From the IMG/VR virus record IMGVR_UViG_3300045391_000819, positions 67,722 through 131,721 of that record: a DNA stretch of 64,000 nt; one strand, given 5' to 3'. A program made the position numbers and the translations under genes. The notes below the pieces were generated by a model. That model made no database searches and was not told where the DNA came from. It was given only the letters and a program-made list of their open reading frames with translations. The first letter of the stretch is position 1; the number at the start of each line of letters is the position of its first letter. Shown here in pieces: positions 19,901 through 26,715 of the stretch. The DNA comes from a virus.

Positions 19901-20332
19901 ACCGTTTAATACCTGTGGTATAGCTGTAACGGTTTCAAGAAATGTTCCTCCAGCTTGTGCTCCAAACTTTAATATGTTATTCTTCCAAGCATCAAACCAA
20001 CCCTGACGAGCAGCGTATTGATGTTCAAGTTCAGGATTAAATGGATTGTAACCATATCTTGAACTGTCATATCTTATTGTTTGTTCAAGTGGAGTTTTAA
20101 CAGGAGTGTTAAACTTTGTAGAAGAAATGAAAGGATTTTGCTGAACAGCTGTTTGTCTAAGATTCTGACCGATACTATCAAAAATATCCTTCGCACTAGG
20201 CGTAGGATTCTCACCACCTTCTGCGGGTGTCTGAGGGAATTGTGTCGGTGCTTGACTTGGATTTAGGTTTGCAAACCCTTTATCCAAAAAGTCATTAGCC
20301 CGATTGTAACCGTTATTTATTGTATCTGGCAT
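10901..20332 (-). CDS. Giant virion cargo/ejection (polyvalent) protein, 3143 aa, with HExxH zincin-like motif and SH3/KOW-like repeats
   Basis: Size and position match crAss-like large cargo genes. Hydrophobic Gly/Ala N-terminal segment; TPFHEYLHPF near 14273-14302; VGDKVSYDGKEVVV and INDRVWYNNKQYRV repeats; helical C-terminal domain. Confidence 0.7.
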   Translation of the reverse strand: MPDTINNGYNRANDFLDKGFANLNPSQAPTQFPQTPAEGGENPTPSAKDIFDSIGQNLRQTAVQQNPFISSTKFNTPVKTPLEQTIRYDSSRYGYNPFNPELEHQYAARQGWFDAWKNNILKFGAQAGGTFLETVTAIPQVLNGLGSGDISKIYNNPLSNSISQWTEGLEQTLPNYQSAFEEQHPVLSYIPGFSSLKTLGDKWGGVLKTLGFVVGSVGGAVVQDALVGAATGGVGELPLIEPQLMAFTGKIGKIFASPGGAVKLAESVKNGMAVEDAVNGIYNTVKNTDRFRYGLSLFTTATGGSIIFANGVYNDVKKNLTDEYYGKYGRDPQEADAAKIQEYARTAGNVDLFANTALQMKVFDSVFGTIFKPTSAVLREAESKVPVALQKGSVDVFEAVNPQTKFGILRKIGGPLKTTATTGAEMAGIYGVGRSAEDYARRKFDDESVSDTDNFTRSLATGLYDTFTTEQGIENILIGVLGGALIHGGKSLIESKRGVENNSDVISKNVLALLNSAKVSDVFKNTYNEAVTADSLAKSMKKAAESGDIFEYQNLKFQQLFNFISSGTKAGKYELRLSQLETLKDLSGPEFQKMFGLDYSDANRRTVSDYVDAVIKKSKDIKENIDKVDTVFKNPFPETDRKNRVAFEEYKNQLALDLSEMNNNRERIRSITGEISKVAPLLDKNKLIDLTHEIGIDQTVKRFEDRIKQIDESNKLSEKSSEFYKEDQKEKAFLQEKVQELKTGNTTDYHPDLYNTVGEIVNYYSNGDSLKADNNVHPIDLLPMLTNAQDAFKLENANNRALYHYQQLTGKKGFDNYIQDVLASNNANYARFMDNLVNTLTNPQKEEGTVAAGDTITIDDNGNPVKEVPKTETKKAAPKTETKVTVKKIQETPEEKKQADSARKDYEAKKAEIEKARTAELKQTEETTGKPLTEEVKNEINQNYDTQQSELEKTVPVILSTTKAEEEVDISEIENPENQEVKKIAEDSKAPAQGTVKNSIYKNSDPFVLVNRVYSRDFEDSKENTNLRKAVFTNTPQKLYGKLQVNVSKSTKGKQKGEYSHIPKTGIYRSGYGYDIDLVSDGDVLGKMQPGDSLFFKRGEEYVPLTEVSKDEYQKVTGNDPATYNEFINDLKAYQQITDTILKHYQETGKKTFNNAEVQQLFNIHVKYGRVEYAKGSATATKLSDVTHKTNGDFVISMPLNEGKRGEPTILNENELEARDAEKAWQFIADNNEQLQKINSRYIYVTQMPDKSYQKISAIAARPSETNADTVNGLLSRIAQVTGTTEKKDISSINKDLRNNIFISDNNARKGAGSRMHLFVNEDGKVYFNIVNGDYKRGLFLPDAKSAKNLDELVGQINKVIQRKSVEDRELAGLNLKLDVKDFKTSIPNDERVPLKELRNQLTIAAPPDIFDSYSLHVLPLKSKPAGEFVPHVEKTLEPEEASLVETLQASIDQLTPELKDNVETVLNAGVDSQKELAETIADVVANDPEGAKEILPAPVIEKAEAFNNAMSDVEAFAAGHAEDMRKASQYEYPGKVKKGDILLLPREVGKNQFKFTGKAIWRGGQWNLQIETLDGKIDGYHAEDTLKDSTGKTLERSAPVIEIKAGEVKPKRARKPVKAKKVNIEQTQEVATEVAKEEPSTPQVQVEGKQAPEVQSKESLVKQAKAAVTDLPLMYRDAFLEDVEGNLRSLAEQLKDPSSEKVARSTFKERLSNIALEMFPEIKAPEHDLLTQANEEAEVSAADTEGHRERLQASLQEAVQQQVTSLPKVEVPSLHKAPETVEEVNAKYSEQYRKMNSRLEQLLEREGDTDAEIEARHLREDIADYKKEWDKELALAKSKEVEVGDKVSYDGKEVVVTDKSESGNGEPVFTVSDGGKGESTVYGDKIYKIDETIGDPVDLPPAVTRDLEINDRVWYNNKQYRVLAVDREKATIQDNEGSSKTVLKEAIIPHDEEVDHTYAIEYTGLKGILDTLQKRFGIKYQVVDDAGGKWQGRFKDGIVYINKSNVDRTTPFHEYLHPFLKVLEVDNPELYKNLSDEFDKLVEESLDDSATEAISETRRLYKDSTPAEQQQEALVRYISKIAAQNVNPEGQKVGSQYNRAMLTLIKKFTDWLGKMWDKVFGSKLKNIPTEATLQDMADVISLTDYAFDLRSRMDVVDNMDVFQKNADQFNTEIIERLKRNLDKFSTTAKRLNSEELGSEAATIRKFFKEKTEAESLNSFVYQGIKGLSWATDEFSRITGKIKNPENKLDAKDIQELNKSLDVVKQMIAFYREDVNDLFKRIGNRKEMDDETYRTYAETLREANVVADKIQTRSVDLMVEWLYPAIEHTNELIREKYPDFVLTKDAFRKELYNATGDVDRLFFALGSVGSSKDPVSAIVSNVIKDVVEDAHRYDAVLSHIIKTGYDTFLKEKGLPNDRNKTSQHYKDNYLRKARILEKTGENEAGEPKYEYVERWAFHQDYLYDKWVEEYEAYVKSLGAEPEDKIAKQAWIAKLNDWQTENGTINKPAKRFLNPKFLDLYEKDKMFTILYDAYKEGNENLQAEEQLQFGIVPQVSKGKNMFSDLSWSKMGAVNAAKQLGNFFAPKAEEGNEFDVNLTNMDGSVYKKIRTAYIRPLDEADLDLALPETVFKFAGVTNLSNKMRELEPNIRTLKSLLDGDSQFIKKARGVVDVIKKSKGNKAETITNNVLSSKKAARLSLVNKQLSAFIDDVVYGDTEVTDTVKVLGRQLDLNKWGNNMAFLTALNNMAFNITAGVSNVIIGDIQAFGEALGGKYYKPENYRKAQGQYWSAVPDFANDVSSLKKSKITQLGVKYDAIQGEFRDKYGKRFVGNVMQKYASADTLFIFNHAGEHHIQLTGMLALMDSTKVKMADGTEVSLYDAHEITPNGYLKLKDGAQWTDAQNNDFTKRLHSLNKILNGNYSKFDKAYLQRKWYGKLALVYRKYLYNAFRARYGKKRVDYELQDVYEGYYRTFFNKLGKDIKAYKFEAAKRMLTRDGWTADEKYAYNKTMYELGLFTGITMLGIAIGANQSNEDDKSWGRDYLTLLMLRARGDVGQYTLFGATDMLRIMKNPSAVIQALSRYSDFFLQLTTQPFATYNRKTGPFASGTSILQAKMLKAIPILRQVVNLMSPAEQKKFYTLINKNF

Positions 20333-20335
20333 TCT

Positions 20336-22969
20336 TTATTTTCTTGTTCCGTACAACAGTTCCTGAAATTCCTTGTAAGTTAATTTTCTCAAAGGATTTG
20401 TTGCAGCTTGTTGTATGTAGGTTTTAGCGAGAGTATAAGCTTCTGAAGCACTCATACCTTCTGTATTTGGTATATCTAATAAATCATATTGTCCTGTCTT
20501 CTGACCATTTTTATCAAAGTAATAATATTTAGCTTGTGCTTTATAAGTAGCTCCGTTTAAGGCTTTAGAATTACTCTTGTATATACGTATAGGTAAAGAT
20601 AAATCCTTACTTCCATATACAGGTAAATCATCTGCTTCACCTTTAAGATTTACAGCGTAATTCAAATTTTCATATGGATCACGATTAAGTCCTAATAGCT
20701 TAGCATTTTCATCGCTTACAGGAATTTTGTAGTAAGCTATATCTTCTTTATTTCCACTTCCTGTAACTACTTGGGCACTAATATAATATGGGTTGCCCGG
20801 CTCAGCACTTACTCCAGCAGTTATAGGTTTTATATTTTCAACCTTTACTTCTCCTTTACCAACTTTACTCGAACCTTCAATAGGAGTTCCTACCCCATTC
20901 TGAATCTGATCGAATATGTATTTCTTCATTCCTACATCTTCAGAATCTTTGTCTGTAAAGACATGTGTTTGGAATACATCTCTGGTTGATAATTGATTTA
21001 GATATTTATTGTACTCATCCTTGAAATCAAAACCAGCAGCTTTTATTTTATCCAAAGCACTTCTAATTGCAGGATTATTTACACGATCTCTTTGACCAGT
21101 GAACTTATTTATTTGATAAGAAATAAGATCAAAAGGATCACCCGCCTTTGCGGATTTGTAAGTTTCATCATACTTCTCTGGATGATCTAAATAATCACTA
21201 TAGATACGTTTTTCTGTATCAGTAAGTCCAGCTCTATTAAATAAAGCATTCTTACTTTCTGCAAGCTTATCGTTATTAGCATCAATCCTAAGATCAATCA
21301 TCTTCTTCTTTTCTACCAAATCAGCAAAACCATCTGGTATATCATAGCTGGCTCCAGTTGGGCCTTTCTCTAATATAGTCTGATAGTTCTTATAAACATT
21401 AGCCATGAAAGCTATCTGTTCAGGAGTCATTACATCTCTAACCTTATCAACATAATCTGCTCTACTAAATGCTCCTAAGTCTTCCATCTGAAATCCGGGT
21501 ATGCCGTTGAAATCTTCAATTTGAGCTTGACCTACAAAACCTCTGGTTATTCCAGTAGGACTTGTTTGAGACTGGCTAGTTAATCCTAAATCTTTTCTTT
21601 TGCCTGCAAGTTCATCTATAAATTGCTGATCGAGGTCTGCCTTCTGAGATGTTAACTGAGTGTTAATATCTTGTATAGATTTTTCAGTTACCTTTAAATC
21701 TTTAGGATTTGCATTTACATTTGTATTGTTACTTGTAAATGTTTGATCTAAAGGAAGATATGTAGTCTTGCCTGTACGTGGGTCTGTATATTTTCTAGCA
21801 GCTCCAAAAGCTTTGATTGCATTTGCTTCTTCTTGTATATCTAATTCTCTTTGTTTTAATCTTGTATTTACATCAAACTGATAGTTCTGCTGGTCATAAC
21901 GACGCTGGAACATTTCAGCTTGATTAGGTTGTATAGACCTGTCAGTTCTATTAACTGAGAATCTATTACCTAATCCTCTAAAGTAATCCTGAGAATATAC
22001 TTGATACATAAATTCTTCAGGGTCAGCCGCATATGATTTAGCAGCATTTGCTGTAGCCGTAGGTTGTGCGCTTTTAAGCTGGTCAACGTATTCCTTTTGT
22101 TTCTGAGCAAGTATATTATAATTCAAACGAGCTTTCGGATCGCCTACAGCAGCCTTAGCTTGTTGTTCATACTGAGCCTGCAAAGATTGAGCATCTGCTA
22201 AATTTGAGTTAAATTGATTTACTGCTCTTCCTACCATTTGTTCAGGAGTCTGTGGTGACTGTACATTATACAAATACCACGAGTCACGTTTCATTTGAGA
22301 ACGTTCCTCTGGTGTAAGTAAATCAGCAGCCATTGACATGATTCTCTCTGGACGGATAAATTCATTAGTTGTCTTAGAATAATAGAGTCCATTGTCTTGT
22401 AATTCTACGTTTAAATCGGCCTTGATCTTTTCAAAATTCTTTATATGATTGTCTCTATATGGAACATAAGGAGTGGCTGTGCTTGGGCCATGATAGGTAG
22501 AACCTGTCTGTCCATCATTCAACCAGTCTCCAACTTTTCTCATATCGTATGCTTCGTTGACTTCACTATATTGCTTTGTTAGCTTAGGATTAGTCTTAAA
22601 TGCTTGATATGAGGACATTAGATTTCTAACTCCTTTAGTGGAAGAGACAGCATTCATTATATTATTGTCAGAATAGATATTGCTACCTAATCCTTGGATT
22701 TGTTTAACAACACCTATATCTGACAAATCGACCCCTCCGAGATTATTTATATTGTCTACAATGTTTCCAATTTTAGTGTTCAAATATTCCTTATCCTGAT
22801 CCTTCATCACATCCAGAAGTCCAAACTGGTCAATCTCGTTCTGAATCCTTTCAGCTCCGGCTTCAAACTGTTTTTGTTTAATAGTTCCTACCTTCTCCAG
22901 TAGATTCAAATCTACAGGAAGAACGTAAGGACTATTCCTAAAAACCTGACTTTTATATGAGACTGCCAT
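20336..22969 (-). CDS. Virion cargo/ejection protein, 877 aa
   Basis: N-terminus (PYVLPVDLNLLEKVGTIKQKQFE) and position between cargo genes resemble crAss-like ejection proteins. Confidence 0.6.
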   Translation of the reverse strand: MAVSYKSQVFRNSPYVLPVDLNLLEKVGTIKQKQFEAGAERIQNEIDQFGLLDVMKDQDKEYLNTKIGNIVDNINNLGGVDLSDIGVVKQIQGLGSNIYSDNNIMNAVSSTKGVRNLMSSYQAFKTNPKLTKQYSEVNEAYDMRKVGDWLNDGQTGSTYHGPSTATPYVPYRDNHIKNFEKIKADLNVELQDNGLYYSKTTNEFIRPERIMSMAADLLTPEERSQMKRDSWYLYNVQSPQTPEQMVGRAVNQFNSNLADAQSLQAQYEQQAKAAVGDPKARLNYNILAQKQKEYVDQLKSAQPTATANAAKSYAADPEEFMYQVYSQDYFRGLGNRFSVNRTDRSIQPNQAEMFQRRYDQQNYQFDVNTRLKQRELDIQEEANAIKAFGAARKYTDPRTGKTTYLPLDQTFTSNNTNVNANPKDLKVTEKSIQDINTQLTSQKADLDQQFIDELAGKRKDLGLTSQSQTSPTGITRGFVGQAQIEDFNGIPGFQMEDLGAFSRADYVDKVRDVMTPEQIAFMANVYKNYQTILEKGPTGASYDIPDGFADLVEKKKMIDLRIDANNDKLAESKNALFNRAGLTDTEKRIYSDYLDHPEKYDETYKSAKAGDPFDLISYQINKFTGQRDRVNNPAIRSALDKIKAAGFDFKDEYNKYLNQLSTRDVFQTHVFTDKDSEDVGMKKYIFDQIQNGVGTPIEGSSKVGKGEVKVENIKPITAGVSAEPGNPYYISAQVVTGSGNKEDIAYYKIPVSDENAKLLGLNRDPYENLNYAVNLKGEADDLPVYGSKDLSLPIRIYKSNSKALNGATYKAQAKYYYFDKNGQKTGQYDLLDIPNTEGMSASEAYTLAKTYIQQAATNPLRKLTYKEFQELLYGTRK

Positions 22970-23030
22970 TGAATAACAAATTTAGATTAAAACCATGAAA
23001 TAATAAAATTACTCATTGGTTATGATGATT

Positions 23031-25814
23031 TTATTTGAACTTTATTTCCTTTAAACTTCCATCAGCATTTTTTATAAAGTACTGAGGTTTACCACTTTGA
23101 CTTGTGTTAGTTACGATGCTTGTGTTTGCAGGCAGTCCTTCATCTCCTATTTGATTAGCGAAATTCAAAGGACGACGGAATGGTACTTGATAGCCGTTAT
23201 ATTGAGCGTTCTGATCGAATGCAGGGAACAACTGCATAACAAGATTACCGTTACGATTAAGTGCTCTATTCTGAGCAAGTGTCTGCATTAAACTATCCCA
23301 ATCAGTACGACGCTGTAAACGCTGAGCTTCAAGAGAACCTAATCTCTGATCTTCAAATACGGCTCTAGCTTGCTGGTCAGATTGAGCTTGTCTATCCTTA
23401 ATACCAGCATTATACATTGTTTCCTGATTCTTTATATTAGCATTTATATTCTCGTATTGTCCAAGTACTTGATTATCAATATTATATTTTCTTGAGAACA
23501 AATCAGAAGCGTTTGTATAACCCTGACTGTTCTGAGGAAGTTGTCCTAACACATCATTAAAATCTCTCTGCCCTTGCTGTAAGCTAGGAAGAGGATTCTG
23601 AAGTTTAAGTCTTATCTGATTGAAGTCAGCATTGTTATATCTAACAGGAATTCTACCTTCAGTAAGTCCTGAAAGCGGGCCTGCCACATCATACCAATGC
23701 AAAGGTTCATTGAATTGACTCTTTGGATTATTAGCTATTTTCAACCTATTAGCTTCATTAGTAGTAGTGATTGTAGTATTCTCTGGTATATCAAAACGAG
23801 GAGGAGCGAAATTAGGAGATAGGTCAGCAGGGTTAAGCGTAGGATGATTTACAAATCCTTCTACTGGAGCATCTGTATATCCATAATGAGTAGCTCCTTG
23901 TTGTCTTGCCAACCTTTCGGCTTTATGAGCTGGACTTTCTGATTGTAAAAATCTTGTCCAGTCTGCATTTGACATCTTTGGGCCAGCTACAGAAGTTACA
24001 GTTCCATCCTGTTTTTGGAAATAGTTCTTACCATTTCTACTATAAAGGAATGACCAGCCTTCTGAGCTTGGTTGTCCCGGATGAAGTCTGGAAGCATTAT
24101 CTACACCGTACTGAGCTTTAGGATTTTGAATACCATGAGCAGCCTTAACCATCTCCTGATGCTGGAATAGAGTATCGAAAATCTGACCAGAATCTGGAAC
24201 GTTTCTCATATTCATTAGATTGAAATCCAATGAGTTATTAGCATAAAAATCTTTTGGATTAGATTCCAATGCTTTTACATTCTTATCTATTTTATTATTC
24301 AAAGACTTTTGTTTATTGTGTATTCCTTCCTGAGCCTTATCCATTGCTCCTGAATGACTTACAGAAGATTTAATTTCTGTTCCAGTCAATAAGGAAGCGA
24401 GTTGAGGACTAAGAAGTAATTTTTTAGATTTCTTATCCTTACGAAGGTCTGAAGTATTTTCAAGAACACGTTCAGCATTATTAAGAACCACTCCACCTTG
24501 TTCGTGTGTAGGAGCTGAATCTGGAACTTTGTTAATCTGACCTTGAGGGGTTTGATATACTTCGCCTTCTTCCGCTTCTATTTGCGGTGTATCATTTACA
24601 TCATTTTCATCCATACCATATTGTGATTTAGGCTTACCACCACCTGCTATATAACCGAAATAGCGACGCTGTGCTGGCGTTAATTTTTTACCATGTACTG
24701 TGCCATCCCTAAGTATTTCCTTCGCTCCTTCGGCAGTTAATGGCCCTCCACCGTAAGGATATTTGGCTATCATATCTATTGGGTTAGCAATATTTTTACC
24801 ACTCACAGAATTAAGTATATCAGGATCAACATCAACTGTATCGCCTGTAGTAGGGTCTATATACCAAGCTTTGTTTCCATAACGTTGAATATCAGACTTC
24901 TGTACACCTCTGGGAAGAGTAAGAGGTAAAGCTTTTGTAGGAGGAGCAGTATAAGGATTACCTTGTGGATCAACAAACTTTGGTTTTCCTAAACTGTATG
25001 CACTTCCAGTAATTCCTGTTAGATTATGTCTTTGTGCAAAATCTTGAGCAAAGTAGGGAGAATCAGAACCATATTGAGATTTATGCAAATCACCATGTTT
25101 AAATCTCATGGCTAGATTATACTGAGGAGAACCTTTTGGACATCTTGAATCTCCGGGATGTGAACATCTGCCCGGATGTTTAATAGCTCCTTTAATCCAA
25201 CCACCAGCTTTCATCATTTCATGAATCATATCATGATCTACTTCTCCACAACCATCTTTACATTCTCCACCATATTTAGATTCATGGAAGCCATGATGCT
25301 TTTTAAATGTTTGAGCAAGTCTCCATTGAGGTGAACCTTTAGGACAATCATAGTTTGGAGAACCCGGAGTGCATCTACCTTTCTCAAGGTGTGCTCCCTG
25401 AATCCATTTACTTCCTCCGAATTTCGTATATACAGGAAGATTGTTTAATCCTTGTTCGTTATAATTTTCATAACCAACTGGTTGCAAAGCTTCTAAATAC
25501 TGTTTGTATTCGTTCTGCCCTGATTTAATATCATTCACTCGATTAGCAATTCCTGTAGTCAAATAGGCTGCTGCGTTGAACGCCTGCACAGGCGCAGGTA
25601 TCTTATAATCCCCTGTAGGTCTTGAAGCTGTAACATCATTGTCATTTGCTTTGATGCTATATCCAGCCTTCTCGTATTTATTTACGAGGTCTTGTCCTTG
25701 CTTAGATAGCAAGAATTTTAATATATCCTTATTAGGGACATCACCACTAAAGTCAGCCATCTTAGCTTGTGGATAATTCGGATCACCGAACTGATACTTT
25801 TTACGCTTTGCCAT
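23031..25814 (-). CDS. Virion cargo protein (crAss cargo-1-like), 927 aa
   Basis: EAEEGEV...PTHEQGGV motif and repeated 'KxQYG/KYGG' linkers typical of crAss-like cargo proteins. Confidence 0.65.
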   Translation of the reverse strand: MAKRKKYQFGDPNYPQAKMADFSGDVPNKDILKFLLSKQGQDLVNKYEKAGYSIKANDNDVTASRPTGDYKIPAPVQAFNAAAYLTTGIANRVNDIKSGQNEYKQYLEALQPVGYENYNEQGLNNLPVYTKFGGSKWIQGAHLEKGRCTPGSPNYDCPKGSPQWRLAQTFKKHHGFHESKYGGECKDGCGEVDHDMIHEMMKAGGWIKGAIKHPGRCSHPGDSRCPKGSPQYNLAMRFKHGDLHKSQYGSDSPYFAQDFAQRHNLTGITGSAYSLGKPKFVDPQGNPYTAPPTKALPLTLPRGVQKSDIQRYGNKAWYIDPTTGDTVDVDPDILNSVSGKNIANPIDMIAKYPYGGGPLTAEGAKEILRDGTVHGKKLTPAQRRYFGYIAGGGKPKSQYGMDENDVNDTPQIEAEEGEVYQTPQGQINKVPDSAPTHEQGGVVLNNAERVLENTSDLRKDKKSKKLLLSPQLASLLTGTEIKSSVSHSGAMDKAQEGIHNKQKSLNNKIDKNVKALESNPKDFYANNSLDFNLMNMRNVPDSGQIFDTLFQHQEMVKAAHGIQNPKAQYGVDNASRLHPGQPSSEGWSFLYSRNGKNYFQKQDGTVTSVAGPKMSNADWTRFLQSESPAHKAERLARQQGATHYGYTDAPVEGFVNHPTLNPADLSPNFAPPRFDIPENTTITTTNEANRLKIANNPKSQFNEPLHWYDVAGPLSGLTEGRIPVRYNNADFNQIRLKLQNPLPSLQQGQRDFNDVLGQLPQNSQGYTNASDLFSRKYNIDNQVLGQYENINANIKNQETMYNAGIKDRQAQSDQQARAVFEDQRLGSLEAQRLQRRTDWDSLMQTLAQNRALNRNGNLVMQLFPAFDQNAQYNGYQVPFRRPLNFANQIGDEGLPANTSIVTNTSQSGKPQYFIKNADGSLKEIKFK

Positions 25815-25815
25815 A

Positions 25816-26715
25816 TTAAAGCATTGTTTCTTTTACTTTACCAAAAAAATATTTTTTGTGGTTTTTGCCGTGTAGTACGGCTGATTGTCCTAACTCATCT
25901 TCTACCCTTACTGGAGTTCCATTATCTAGTCCTCTGATTACGTTGTACTGTTGGGGAAGGTTCATTTGTAATTGTCCAAACTGTGCATAGCACGGATCAT
26001 TTAAACCTTCATGTGTAGCTTCTCCACTTATTGTTGGCCCACCATACTGTCTATTAAAGGAAGCATGAACATGATCGGTGTGCGGGTTACTACCTGTATA
26101 TGGTCTCCATTCATCTGATATTGAAGGATTCCATATCTTCTTATTATATATTATATATTTAGTCTTTGGATTCCTCTGTAATTCAGCAACAACATTCTGA
26201 GCTGTCTCTGGATCATTAACACCATAGTCCTGAGCGTCTCCTGTATTATGATCTGAAACTCTAGCCTGATGAGCTTTGTCTCCCCACGCTCCAAGATTAG
26301 TCACATTATACTTTCCAAATATATCCGTGTTTGTATGGAGAAGATTTGGATTTAAACCAGAAGTCTTAGAAGCAGAATATCCTTCAGGAACATCATTTGA
26401 CTCATGTGAGAAATCAAGTGGTCTCTTGTCGTCTGACTCTGAGAACAGGAAATTCAAGAATGAATCATCTTGAAAAGTCTGATTAGTGAAACCATTTATC
26501 TTGCTTGACAGTTCTTCGAACTGATTTTGCAGATTATCGTATCTCTCCTGTAAGTCTTGATAATCGGTATTATCCTCGTCGGTCTGGGGAACGTCCTCGT
26601 ATTGAGGCGTTTGAGGATCAGACTCTTGAGATTGATATTGTTGGGCATATTGATCCACTAATTGATTAAAGAAATCTGTATCTCCACCTACCTGATATTT
26701 CTTACTTCTCTTCAT
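25816..26715 (-). CDS. Virion protein with peptidase M15-like (peptidoglycan hydrolase) domain
   Basis: SDHNTGDAQD ... YIIYNKKIW ... NPHTDHVHASF matches the H-x6-D...HxH Zn ligand pattern of M15-like peptidases. Confidence 0.7.
   Translation of the reverse strand: MKRSKKYQVGGDTDFFNQLVDQYAQQYQSQESDPQTPQYEDVPQTDEDNTDYQDLQERYDNLQNQFEELSSKINGFTNQTFQDDSFLNFLFSESDDKRPLDFSHESNDVPEGYSASKTSGLNPNLLHTNTDIFGKYNVTNLGAWGDKAHQARVSDHNTGDAQDYGVNDPETAQNVVAELQRNPKTKYIIYNKKIWNPSISDEWRPYTGSNPHTDHVHASFNRQYGGPTISGEATHEGLNDPCYAQFGQLQMNLPQQYNVIRGLDNGTPVRVEDELGQSAVLHGKNHKKYFFGKVKETML

Noticed and set aside
10901-20332. Annotating the 3143-aa protein as virion RNA polymerase
   Set aside because: No DxDxD catalytic motif was found by eye; size and position alone are insufficient.
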